64,000 bases of DNA. It comes from Epiperipatus broadwayi (lineage: Eukaryota; Animalia; Onychophora). The stretch is taken from assembly GCA_028023455.1 (NCBI GenBank), contig JAQFVV010000005.1:2914001-2978000 (forward strand), written 5' to 3'. Under the pieces are notes generated by a model. It saw only the letters and a list, made by a program, of their open reading frames with translations, was not told the origin of the DNA and searched no databases. Positions 12,192-24,700 of the stretch are shown piece by piece. A program made the position numbers and the translations under genes. Numbering within the stretch: the first letter of the stretch is position 1; the number at the start of each line of letters is the position of its first letter.

Positions 12192-12625
12192 AGCCTCGGA
12201 TCTGAGAGCACTGCACCTAGATATTAGGATCTAATGCAACCCTCCAGCAGTCACCTTTTAACTCTACTTTACTACAAAACGATGAAAATGAAATTGAAAA
12301 CACAATAATATTTTCAATCTAAGCTCAATAGCTTATATAGTCATATGGTTGTGAACTCAATTGATGTTTAGTGGTTTAACACCAATCCTGCCTAATAGGA
12401 TAGTGGTGGCTATGGTTGTTTAAGAGCCAAAGATACCAAAATGTATGGGTGCTGAATTGAGTTCAGACCCATATGACTATATAAGCTATTGAGCTTAGAT
12501 TGAAAATATTATTGTGTTTTCAATTTCATTCTCATAGTTTTGTAGTAAAGTAGAGTTAAAAGGTGGCTGCTGGAGGGTTGCATTAGATCCTAAGATCTAG
12601 GTGCAGTGCTCTCAGATCCAAGGCT

Positions 12626-12665
12626 CCTCACTGATGATGGCCACAAGCCAGAAACTAGTCTGGGG
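12626..12665 (+). ncRNA. Minimal type I hammerhead ribozyme
   Basis: cctca CTGATGA tggc cacaa gcca GAA ACTAGT C tgggg. Predicted cleavage after C12660. Confidence 0.9.
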
Positions 12666-15102
12666 ATATTGGATGAGTAGGCACTAGATAGGGATTTTAT
12701 GCACAAGCCTTCTGGCATCCATTGATTACTCTGTTTGGCACAGCGTGGCACTACTGTATGGAGAGTTTTGCCTTTGTTTACTACAATTATGTGCTAGTAT
12801 AGAGATGGTGATCATGTGATGTTTAGTGGTTTAATTCATTTATAGACTTGTAAAACTATTAGAACTAAAATACCTTATATAGTTAAAACTGGAAAAATCT
12901 CAACATTCTACATATTTTTATAAATAAACAAGCTGCATCCATACAGAGAAATATTTATATTAATACATAGATGTTTTTACAGAAACATTATTAATAATCA
13001 TAAATTGTATTTAAGAAAATATATTTTTAAATAATGAGATGTCATACGCTAGTAAATTATGACAAACTATGTGACAAAATGATATCAGAATATTATTTAT
13101 GTATGGAAAGTCACAAAGGAATGTCATGAAATATTTTATAAAAATAACATCTATTTCATGTTTTCATGTTTACAAGCCAGTAAGCTCTAAAAAACCACAG
13201 AGATTCATTACTGGAGAGCAATTGATATTAATTTGGATAAATTCTTTTCCCCAAATAATTTGCCTTTGGGAAGGAAGAAATTATAATGCACAATATACTT
13301 CTATTATTAATGTTATTATTTCTATTACTATTACTAATATTCCTAATATTATTATTTAAAGTTGTAATTATAAATTTATTAAACGCACATTGATTATGTA
13401 AGTAATATTTACTGAGGCTATAACCTCGATAATATGCGTATAAAATGCGATAGTAGGGTCGTCTACATGTGTTTTAACCACATTATTATTATGATTATGT
13501 GAATAATATTTTTGCAGAATGATTTGTCCAATGATAGATTCAACTGCTGTTCCAAAGCAACATTTGTTAATGTGTGATGGAATCTCAAACGATCTCATTA
13601 CTGGTTATTCTCTGTTTTTATGACCAATATTTTAAACCTTATATACTTTTTAATAAATTATATTATCTCATGACATGACCAAATAAGACAATTTAAGACA
13701 GCCATTTGTAATTATGCAAGACTTTTAATTTAATGTGATCAATTAACAACTTGTTCATTTCACATGCTTTCCATAAAAAAACTTCATCAGAACTTCATCT
13801 TAAGAAATGATACATATAATAAACAAATTAATTGCATTGCTTATTATTAAAGTAAAAAAAAACTCTTCATAAAGCCTTTTGCAAATTATATATTTTATTT
13901 ATAATTATCTTGATGAAAAATTGATTAGGCATTGCAAGACATTTATTTCAAAGTCAATCATCTTTATCAGCTACCTTGATAGAGATCCAATTACAAACCA
14001 AAATAAGACTTTTATTTATATTTCAATAACACCAATGTAATTTATTTGATGTTAAAGTTTAAATTTTTAAGTTATCAATCTTATTTTAATCAAATTCAGT
14101 TCACAAAGACTAATATACACATAAGGTACAGCTATATAAACGTGTTTCTATACAAATATCATTGTTTAATAAATAAATATTTAAATATGTAATAAATACT
14201 CTAGTCATATAAATAATAAAATAAGTTAAATTAGTATAAATGCTTCTAAGAGTCATTTATAAAGTATATAACATTTTATCCATTACTATAGTGATGAAGT
14301 AAATCAACCAATCTCTGTTAAACGTATGTTTCTGATTCCATTATTTTTATCAATTAGCCTGAAAGAATAACAATTCTTTAACGATATAGCAATAGATCAA
14401 ATAAATGATACTTTTAAGGGTTTATATTACTTCAATTTATTATATTAAAACAAAAAACTATTGTGGATTATTGAGCAAATTGTTTAACTTAAAGACCGTC
14501 AATAGGAATTGATAGTTACCTAGCAATACCACTACTAATAAATTTCTGTAATAATTATATGAAAATAACCCACACTCATTCCTTTGTTTGCATTAAATAT
14601 ATCTCATTTAATATATACACAATTGTCATGTTTTATTTGAATATATTTTGACTTTATTCATGAGAGGCCTAAAAAAAATGTTGGTATAGACTCTATTTTT
14701 CTGTGTATTGTTAAATTGACAGAAAACTTTTCTTCATGAATATATTAAATTAGGTCATGTGACATCTGACTTCATTTTTTTTTTGTTTGTAATTGGCAAT
14801 CAAGTAAAAATTTAAGTAAAATTCAATTATTTTTTATGCAATGAAACACATTCTTTAAAGAGTTCTCATTTTAATTTATGAAAAATGTATTTCTTATTTA
14901 ATTTTTTTTTCTTTTCATTTTCCAAGACCGTAAAATGTGAAATTATAAACAAGGAATAAGATTTTTCATTTATGCTATCAAACCTTTAAAAATATTTTTA
15001 TAGATTCTCTTAATCTACCATCTAAAAATATTTTTATAGATCCCCAATATATGTATTTTATGCAGAATCAGCAGCCAGCAGTTGGGCCAGTGGAGAATAA
15101 TG

Positions 15103-15208
15103 TTTTTTCTTTCCCATGTATCATATCATCAGCTGGGAAGCAAACCCGCTAACCCGGAACAACTGCTTGTAAAACAGCCATCGCTGACCTCTCGTACCAC
15201 CAATGCTT
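15103..15208 (-). mobile_element. tRNA-Gly-derived short SINE (diverged copy)
   Basis: Reverse complement starts gcattggtggtacgagaggtcagc and ends cccagctgatgatatgatacatggg plus an A-rich tail. Homologous to six other copies. No clear TSD. Confidence 0.8.
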
Positions 15209-16226
15209 TTCACTATCAAAATTTGTAAAACATGTAAAATGTTAATGAAATGGAGGTTTGTCATTGAAACAAAAAACATGAAAAATAACTACCAAACTGA
15301 TTACCTGCGGTTGTTCAAAGTAACATAATTAAAAAAAAAAAAATTGCTAGTCTTATTGATTAGTTTCTCCTAGAATTTGCTTTATTAAAGTTGATGCTAT
15401 CTATATATATATATATAAAAATATGGCTGGTGAACTAAATTCTTTTTAATAACCAAAGTGTGATCTGTTTTACTGAGATTAATTCTAAAAGTGATCTGAT
15501 CACATGTAATAGGAGGCAGATGTTGTGTGAAATTGCAGAATTATCAAGCCATTTTAAAAGAATTTTATCTTTAGGATATCAAAATAAACATTTTTATAGT
15601 TAGAGAGATATCTTAATCTTTCAGTCATTTAATCTGTAAGAAATGAATAAAAGATAATATATTTTTTAATAAATTGTAAAAACTGGCAAAATTGGATGAA
15701 TATCAAATGTTTGAAGGATCCATTAATTTAAATAAAATATTGAATTCATTAATTTAAATAATGAGACCAACATTAAAAAAAAAAATACTACTGGAAACTT
15801 CATAATCAATGTACTTTAAGAATGAAGAGGAAACAAGGTAAAAATCAAGCAAAAAAAAAATGTTACATTTAAACTTTTTAAGAGTAGAATTTGGTTAAGC
15901 AACATGTTCTTGGAAACAAAGTTTTTTTTTAAATGCACTCAAAAATAAATTATATTTGTGTAATTTACTTTTTTCAAAATTAAAATAGAATGTAATATAT
16001 ATATTAGCATTTTTATTAAAAAAGACATGGTATTTTTATTTTTAAATGTGCATTTGTACGTTATACTACTATCAAAATTGTTTATTTCTCACCACTGGAT
16101 ATTTTTTTATGTTTTAAAAAAACATTATTATATATAAAATTTAAATAGTTTTTCTTTTTATTAGTAAAAATATAATTAAAATAAATAAGAATATATTTGA
16201 AATAAAAAATAAGCTTTCAAATTAAA

Positions 16227-16472
16227 CCATCAAACATCACATGATTACCATTTTTTACGCTTACACTAGCTATTTTTTACAGAGGCAAAATTCTCCATAC
16301 AGTAGCGCCACTCAGTGCAAGCCAGAATAACCAAACCAAACTAGAAATTAGTCTGGGATATTGGAAGAGTAGGCAGGCACTAGATAGGATTTTATGCACA
16401 AACCTTCCTGCATCCATTGATTACTCTGGCTTGCATCTGGTAGCACTACTATATAGACGTTTGCCTCTGTGT
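16227..16472. mobile_element. Short inverted-structure relic of the 455-bp retrozyme family
   Basis: An antisense piece (aaacatcacatg...agaggcaaaattctccatacagtag) is joined to a sense piece carrying the 3' half of the HHR (gaaattagtctggg...tttgcctctgtgt). Perfect 13-bp TSD CTTTCAAATTAAA at 16214-16226 and 16473-16485. Confidence 0.8.
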
Positions 16473-17537
16473 CTTTCAAATTAAATTAGAGCTTATTTTT
16501 TTATCTTGACAAACAGAATGGGGAAGTTCCTCTTGCAGTGTGCAGGAAGAGAATGAGTTTAGGTTTTTTTTTATTCCTTTATTACACTTGATATTTAAGA
16601 TCAAAATAAGAGTTAAAGTATAGATTCATTGTCATTAAAAATGTTATTTGACAAAACACTGAATTAAATGAGTAACTATTATGAAATAACTTTAGTCTGG
16701 AACAGGGCCAATGTGACAAAAATAAAATGGGCAGTACTACTCAGCTTAGTATATATAGAACAAAAAAAACCTTATAAATTTAATACAAGTAAAATAATAG
16801 TGTTGATGATTATTAGTAGTTGTTATTTTCAAACAGAAAAATTTAACCCTTCCACATTTCAACATTCTATCACCAATCCTTAATGGTAATTTGTGTTAAT
16901 AGTCCAACATTTAAATTACAGTACTAAAACCTTTATTCAATATTATGATTCAATAAATGGGTCTTGATTTATTAGAAATATAAATTTGCAAACAAAAAGT
17001 GTCCTAAAACTAATATTTGAATTTTCCAGACCAAAAAATACAAAAAAAAAAACAATAATAATGTAAAATACTTAATAACAACAATTACTCCTTTCTTGGT
17101 GTCTATTTTTCACAATGTTATAAAAAAAAGTAAATTAATGAAATGGTTTTTAAATGAATTCCATTTGTTGAATATGAATGAATTATTATGAAGTCATCAT
17201 AAAGAGTATAAAATTCTGTTCTAAAATTTAAAATTGCATTTATATTTATTAAATTATTATAAAAATTTAATACTACAATGTTTGGCAGAGTATAATGATT
17301 ATAGTTTCATTTTTATCATTTAAAAATAAAACATACTTTAAAAGCATCTAAGTGTAAACATGAATATATATCTTTTATAATAATTACTATATAAATAAAA
17401 ATAATAATAAACAGCCATTCATAAATGAGTATTGTAATTTCAGATTTTTCTTCACTATTAATAATTATGTAAGGTTTAATATGCTTGATGTATATAGTGA
17501 AATTAAATTCATAAAAAAATTACACTAATATTTCTTA

Positions 17538-17580
17538 AGGCTAAGCGCTTTCGGAGCATTCGACTCCATATTCATAGCCT
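17538..17580 (-). ncRNA. PLE pLTR hammerhead-like ribozyme with atypical core (best copy)
   Basis: Reverse complement: aggct ATGAATA t ggag tcgaatg ctcc GAA AGCGCT T agcct. Stems I and II and the palindromic stem III are perfect. The core has A3/U8 instead of C3/G8 and an extra U after A9. Confidence 0.72.
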
Positions 17581-17834
17581 CCAAATCTAATAATTTATGC
17601 AAATCTAGGCAAGCTCATTTATATTGTCCATCTCTTTGATATAAAAAAGCATGTATCCTTCCTGTTTACTGCCTTCAAGTCTCTTGCTATATACCATGCT
17701 TCTTTCACCTTCCTTTTGATGTCATTTCTCTCAGTGGAAACTATTTCAGCACATGCAGGTTCAAATTCATGATTAGCCTCTTTTTGGTGGTCTACAAATA
17801 CTGAGCTGCCCTCATTTCTGTTTAATACTCTTTT

Positions 17835-18890
17835 CTATAAGTATTTGTGTTCAGCTACTCTATTGTTCATAGTGGCCCAGGTCTCACCATAATATACTGC
17901 TCCAAAGTTAGCCTGAGGGCATGTCATTTTGTACACCACATGTGGAGTAGTTTGTATATCAATCTTATCCTTAGAGTTGTTAATACTTCTATTAGTGTTA
18001 GGAGGGGTTCGAAAACCTACTGTGAATTCATTCTGTAATTTTTTGACTAGTTCTTTTGCAATATTAGGTATATATGGCAGACATATAAGTTGTTTTTTGT
18101 CCTTTCTTGGTTTATTTATGTTTTCATAAAATGTTTTGATTCTTTTATTGATGGTTACAAAATCGTAACCAACCTTCATTAGATCACTAATATACTTGTT
18201 AATATTTATCCTTCTATCCTCTTCATATTTGCATAAATGGTAATTCCTGAACAAGAAGGCAGAAAGCCCTGCCAATTTGTGGGCTTTGGGAGTTTTGGAG
18301 TTAGTATGGATGTATCCTCTAATGTTTAGTGGTTTTACTTTCATATCGTAATTAAAACATCTGTGCCTTCTCTTAATTATTAAGTCCAAGTAAGTAATTG
18401 TATTCAACTCATTCTTTTCAGTGCAGTTAAATATCAAGTTGGTGTGTGCCTGCATTTCATCCAGAATGGCTGTTGTTATTATTTTAGGCACTGTGATGAA
18501 TATGTCATCTACATACCTACAATAAATTATTCCATGTACTTGTTCTTGGAACTTCGATATAACCTGTTTTTCAAAATAACTGATAACTATACTAGATACA
18601 ATGCCACTGATGGGGAGTCCCATGGGCCATCCATTATTCATCCTATACTATTTATATTCAAACGTCACTCATCTAACCAATCCATAAAGTCAATAATAAA
18701 TTCTATCTTTTGTTCAGGACAGTGATTATTTTGAAGCTCTTCTTTAAATATCCTAGTTGAACCTTTTCTATTTATCGATCCATAGAGTTCAGATATATCT
18801 ATGGCAGCTATTTTGAAATTGTCTTCAATGGCTGCGTCTTGATTAAATCAACAAACTCAAACGAAGATTTTATAGTATAATTGCCAAATC
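17835..18890 (-). pseudogene. Inverted partial PLE ORF (RT C-terminal part + GIY-YIG start)
   Basis: ORF 17835-18641: GWPMGLPISG, YCRYVDD, ITYLDL, VVYKMTC...YYGET...NRVAEH. Highly similar to 20631-21440. Confidence 0.93.
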
Positions 18891-19206
18891 TATACTACGA
18901 TGAGACCCGGGCCACTATGAACAATAGAGTAGCTCAACACAAATACTTATACAAAAGAGTATTAAACAGAAATGAGGGCAGCTCAGTATTTGTAGACCAC
19001 CAAAAAGAGGCTAATCATGAATTTGAACCTGCATGTGCTGAAATAGGTTCCACTGAGAGAAATGACATCAAAAGGAAGGTGAAAGAAGCATGGTATATAG
19101 CAAGAGACTTGAAGGCAATAAACAGGAAGGATACATGCTTTTCTATATCAAAGAGATGGACAATATAAATGAGCTTGCATAGATTTGCATAAATTATTAG
19201 ATTTGG

Positions 19207-19249
19207 AGGCTATGAATATGGAGTCGAATGCTCTGAAAGCGCTTGGCCT
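19207..19249 (+). ncRNA. PLE pLTR hammerhead-like ribozyme (upstream of the ORF)
   Basis: aggct ATGAATA t ggag tcgaatg ctct GAA AGCGCT T ggcct. Two G.U-compatible changes relative to the 17.5-kb copy. Confidence 0.68.
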
Positions 19250-19358
19250 TAAGAAATATTAGTGTAATTTTTTATGAATTTAATTTCACTATATACGTCA
19301 AGCGTATTAAACTTTACATAATTATTAATAGTGAAGAAAAATCTGAAATTACAATATT

Positions 19359-21652
19359 ATGGATATACGTTATAACGAGATAATTTGTTTAAAATTAGAC
19401 ACCCTAATTAGAACTTTTCAACAACGTGTTTGTTTTTTGCAAAATTGTAAGCAAGCGAATATTATACCTAATGGTTGTAGAATTAGAGTAAATAGATCTA
19501 TACATAATGTTGATGTTGTCACTCGTATTTTACAGCGCAAATTATTAAGCTGGATTATTAGCAATTGCAGGAAGGCGTTAAATAATAATAAGAAACGTCT
19601 GTTTAAGATTACATCAATAACGCCCGAGCCACTATGGATTGTAAATAGATGTAATAATATTGAAAAAAGATTAGAGAAGAAATTCGTAAATAAATTGAAG
19701 TTTTTAGCTAACAAACAAAATGTTATTTTAACTACGATAAATGTAGAAGACACTTATGTTAATTTATCTAGTGTCAGACCTTCGGCTGAAATTAGATCGA
19801 TCTTGAATTTTGGACCTAAATTCGTAGGAGGAGGATGGAATCAACCCAAAATGGAAATAATTGCAGACACAGAAGCAGCTCTAATAAATTATCCGATGAG
19901 AGATACTGTTGTTCATGAGATTAATAAGATTATTAGAGATAAGAAATTGAATACTGAAAATAATGGCTGGAACAATAAAGTTAAGAATGCAAAAAAGTTC
20001 TTTAATGAAAATAAAATCATTTGTATTAAAGAAGACAAAGGCAATCGTTTTGTAATAATGGATGAAGAAGAATATAAAGAAAAGATGAAAATACAAATTT
20101 AAAAATTAGGCTTTGAGTTAACAGCTGAATTTAACAATAGAATGAACAGAGAAAAGTTTATCTCTTTGGTCCTATGCAAACACAAGAATAAAGGGATCAA
20201 TCAAGCTGAATATAATAAAATATATCCTTCTGCCACATCACAACCACGGATGTTTGCAAATGCCAAAATGCACAAGCAAGGAATTCCATTAAAGCTAATG
20301 CTTGATTTTGGAGGCGCACATTATGCAAACACTGCAAAATTAATAAATTCATGGTTAATAGACTTGATAGGATTTGGCAATTATACTATAAAATCTTCGT
20401 TTGAGTTTGTTGATTTAATCAAAGACGCAGCCATTGAGGACAATTTCAAAATAGCTGCCATAGATATATCTGAACTCTATGGATCGATAAATAGAAAAGG
20501 TTCAACTAGGATAATTAAAGAAGAGCTTCAAAATAATCACTGTCCTGAACAAAAGATAGAATTTATTGTTGACTTTATGGAATGGTTAGATGAGAATATA
20601 CTGGCGACGTTTGAATATAAATGATATAGGATGAATAATGGATGGCCCATGGGACTCCCCATGAGTGGCATTGTATCTAGTATTGTTATCAGTTATTTTG
20701 AAAAACAGGTTATATCGAAGTTCCAAGAACAAGTACATGGAATAATTTATTGTAGGTATGTAGATGACATATTCATCGCAGCGCCTAAAATAATAACAAC
20801 AGCCATTCTGGATGAAATGCAGGCACACACCAACTTGATATTTAACTGCACTGAAGAGAATGAGTTTAATACAATTACTTACTTGGACTTAATAATTAAG
20901 AGAAGGCACAGATGTTTTAATTACAATATGAAAGTAAAACCACTAAACATTAGAGGATACATCCATACTAACTCCAAAACTCCCAAAGCCCACAAATTGG
21001 CAGGGCTTTCTGCCTTCTTGTTCAGGAATTACCATTTATGCAAATATGAAGAGGATAGAAGGATAAATATTAACAAGTATATTAGTGATCTAATGAAGGT
21101 TGGTTACGATTTTGTAACCATCAATAAAAGAATTAAAACATTTTATGAAAACATAAATAAACCAAGAAAGGACAAAAAACAACTTATATGTCTGCCATAT
21201 ATACCTAATATTGCAAAAGAACTAGTCAAAAAATTACAGAATGAATTCACAGTAGGTTTTTGAACCCCTCCTAACACTAATAGAATTATTAACAACTCTA
21301 AGGATAAGATTGATATACAAACTACTCCACATGTGGTGTACAAAATGACATGGCTCAGGCTAACTGCGGAGCAGTATACTACGGTGAGGCCCAGGCCACT
21401 ATGAACAATAGAGTTGCTGAACACAAATACTTATAGAAAAGAGTATTAAACAGAAATGAGGGCAGCTCAGTATTTGTAGACCACCAAAAAGAGGCTAATC
21501 ATGAATTTGAATCTACATGTGCTGAAATAGTTTCCACTGAGAGAAATGACATCAAAAGGAAGGTGAAAGAAGCATGGTATATAGCAAGACACTTGAAGGC
21601 AATAAACAGGAAGGATACATGCTTTTCTATATCAAAGAGATGGACAATATAA
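19359..21652 (+). pseudogene. PLE polyprotein (reverse transcriptase + GIY-YIG endonuclease), disrupted
   Basis: PLE N-terminal FL..C....IIP.G, NLSS...LNFGPKF, KEDKGNRFVIMD, AIDISELY, GWPMGLPMSG, RYVDD, then VVYKMTC....C...YYGE...R..EH...EAWYI. Stops at 20100, 20622, 21261 and ~21435, plus a frameshift near 21350. Confidence 0.95.
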
Positions 21653-21690
21653 ATGAGCTTGCATAGATTTGCATAAATTATTAGATTTGG

Positions 21691-21733
21691 AGGCTATAAA
21701 TATGGAGTCGAATGCTCTGAAAGCACTTAGCCT
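21691..21733 (+). ncRNA. PLE 3' pLTR hammerhead-like motif, probably inactivated
   Basis: aggct ATAAATA t ggag tcgaatg ctct GAA AGCACT T agcct. G5>A and a broken stem III palindrome. Confidence 0.55.
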
Positions 21734-24700
21734 TAAGAAATATTAGTGTAATTTTTTATGAATTTAATTTCACTATATACATCAAGTGTATTAAACCTTA
21801 CATAAATGAGTATTGCAGTATCAACTCTAAAGGAACAAAAAGAAGAGAGAAGGAGTAAAAACAAACTATTTTTTAAAATGAGCTTTTGATAACTATATAA
21901 ACCAATCAATGTACTGCAAATGTATAAGGCATGGTAGTCCATTTTTCTGTTCACTTAATCTTTCACAATATTGTCTTTTAATTTCTTCTGCAGGAAATAT
22001 TTCTTTCTGAAATACATCATCACCATGTCTAATTGTAGCTCTTCAATGAGTGTTGTTCTCTGCTATATTTTCCAAATGAAAGCAAATGATGTTGCATTTA
22101 GACAGGGTGTATTTCCTCCTTGAGAATTATGCTCAAGTTCATATCCTATTAAAGAATATTGAAATAATCCTGTTAGAAAATCTTGCATTATTCATTTATT
22201 CTACATGTCCAATTCAATGAAGGTGTAATTTTATAATAGTGGACTCTGGTGTCACATCCAGAAAGTTAAAGAACCTTTTGATTGGTTTAATGATTTGCCA
22301 TTGTATTTTTGCACTCTTATGGAGAATCCTTAAATAAACCTTTTTACTTTTATAATGCACTGATAGACTGCTCAAGTTTCAATTTCAAAGAGTAAATTAG
22401 ATAAAATAATTCTATAGTTAACTTAATTGCAATACTTTTTCAAGATTTTTTTTTAATTGTTAGAAGCAGTAGCTGTACTACAATGGAGACTGTTTTGTAT
22501 CTCGACAGATAAATCCACTTTTTTTACCTATAAATTACCAAGATATTTAATAAGCTTATTTACATTCTCAAGTTAATAACCATCCAAGCTATAAGTTACT
22601 TAGGATTTTACTCCTGTTGCTGACTGATGAACAACTTGAAGATTTTTTTCAGCCTTAATTAATAACCAAAGTTTTTATATGCAACATTCGAGACATTAAG
22701 AACAGTCTATAAATTGACTTTTGAACTGACAAAATAGAACACTGAAAATCCAGAATCCAAGAAGTAGCTGTTTTCACTTTTAATTGATTATATCTGTATA
22801 ATATATTGATCTCTGTTTGATTATACCACCTATAAACATTTTCAAAGACAACTGTTAAAAAAACTGGAAACAATGTAGGTATATACAACTCTGTTTAAGA
22901 CTAGTTTTCATTTCAAGTGACTCATATTTTCTGCCTGTAATAATAACCCTTTCTCACATTCCATCAAAGTTGTATAGTAGGAATAAATTTTGGTGGACAA
23001 CCAAATAATTTCAAAAATTGCCACAGACCTGTCCTATTAACTGAATCTTCATTAAAAGCAATATATAAATCACTTATTTGTTACAAACCCTTTATTTGAA
23101 TTTGTCTGGCAACAAAAAACCATGACTATAATACTTCTTGATTTTCTAAATCACATTGAGTTGCTGGTAATCATTCATCTATGGCTGGAAGTAATCTATT
23201 CAACAAAATTCTTGAAAGTATCTTTTCAGTAATAGATAATAATGACATTCCATGATAATTAAGACAAACTTGTTTATGTTCTTTGTTTTTAAAAATTGGG
23301 ACAAAAGAAGCATTTAAATATTTTTTTTAAAAATTTCCAATACTTTTGAATAGCTACCATTTCACCACCTTCATTAAAACTTACAACCTTTTTTTTTTTA
23401 AAATTACAAAAAATATTTTCACTTCACTAAACTGGATAGTATTGTCTAAGTCTAAATGAATAGATAAAATGGATATATCATTGGAAGATATCATCCCAAC
23501 ACATATCTTTATTCAAAGCTAATTAAAATCCTCCTTCCATCTGTTCAAAATAGCAATGTCATCCTGTAAAAAAGTGTCATAGCTGGATCTAATAGTCATG
23601 GGATATTATTTCTCAGGTCCATATGTGGTTTTGCAAATATTGTCATAAATATTTAAAAATTATAAAGTTGTACAATATTTTCCTCATTTCTAGCAACAAT
23701 GAAAGGTGACTTTATTGTCAGTTTTTCTGCTCAATATTACAGACTTTACCAATAATAGATCTCATAGACTTTTGTCAATTTGTTTGTAGTTTTCTCTGCA
23801 GCTGCTGACATCTTCAGATTTTGTTTTAATTAATAAATCAATATTTACTTTATTTCCATGTTTTACCATTAATGAATATAAAACTAACAGCAACACTAAA
23901 TATAACTGTAAAATGTGACTTAAAGCCAAAAAACAGCAACACCATAACAATTCTTCATAAAATTCTGATAATAAATGTTTGTACATTAATAATCAAATGT
24001 AAATATAACATTTTAATAACCCAAATATAGATAAAATAGAAAGGACTGAAAAACTCCAGTGAGCTACATGTGAACTAACCATCACTAAACAAAAAATGTA
24101 GAATGGGTTCATTCTACATTTTATGCAAATATTCTAATGCCTATTGCTAGCTAAAAATTAAATAAAAAATATTCAAATCACCCTTGCAAATATAATAACA
24201 TTTGGAAGGGTAATTTTTATATTTACATTTATTGATGGTTATTTTACATATAGCTCATTGAGAGTTTTCAGTACTTCCTATTACTTTAATAATCAAATAG
24301 TTTATTGCTTGGGAAATCCAATAAGTGTGACTATTAGAAGTGAGCTGTAAGCCATGGACATTTAGTATTTATATACATTACTTTACAATTTTTTTCAACC
24401 ATGCAGGACAAAAGTAATCACCTAATATATTATTCAGGAAGTCATGTGGCATTCAATTACTAGAAATAATAGTCTTGAGGAATGATCTAGAAATCTCCTA
24501 GTCTTTGAGTTCACCATTTTCCATCACTACATTAATCCATGTAAGAGACAATGTAAATATAACAATGGAGGAAAAAAAGATCACAATTACAAAGCTAAAT
24601 AAATGGCTGTATAGCTCTATGACTGATCTTACCGTGTTTGTGTACGTATAAGAAGAGGAAACTGAAAGAAAATATGATTATTTTATCATGAAATTATTAA

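Larger units (their letters stand above)
11583..12831. mobile_element. Non-autonomous retrozyme-like element: 455-bp non-coding monomer present as 1 + ~0.7 tandem units plus one inverted unit
   Basis: Unit 11583-12037 is repeated at 12038-12361, followed by an inverted ~470-bp unit at 12362-12831. Perfect 16-bp TSD TAATTCATTTATAGAC at 11567-11582 and 12832-12847. One hammerhead per monomer, GC-richer than the flanks, no ORF of 60 aa or more. Confidence 0.88.
17435..21800 (+). mobile_element. Penelope-like retroelement (PLE): inverted 5'-truncated copy + partial tandem repeat (pLTR) + full ORF + pLTR
   Basis: Inverted segment 17435-18890 is the reverse complement of 20372 to the 3' end plus ~35 nt. 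A 431-bp direct repeat lies at 18891-19321 and 21375-21805. 15-bp flanking duplication CATAAATGAGTATTG at 17420-17434 and 21801-21815. Confidence 0.95.
17400..23990 (-). mobile_element. Decayed RTE/BovB-like LINE (3' part), interrupted near its 3' end by the PLE
   Basis: 17400-17434 plus 21816 onward is colinear with the RTE copy at 27664 onward (shared ataataataaacag(c/t)cattcataaatgag). Minus-strand remnants include TYGPEK...AILNRWKEDF, a K(A/T)GLKQ(G/S)C-like motif and a AFDSVNR-like motif. Confidence 0.8.

Noticed and set aside
17847-21424. Short ORFs overlapping the PLE (17847, 17929, 18444, 19418, 19881, 20586, 21143)
   Set aside because: They are antisense shadows of the PLE ORF and recur only because the segment is duplicated.
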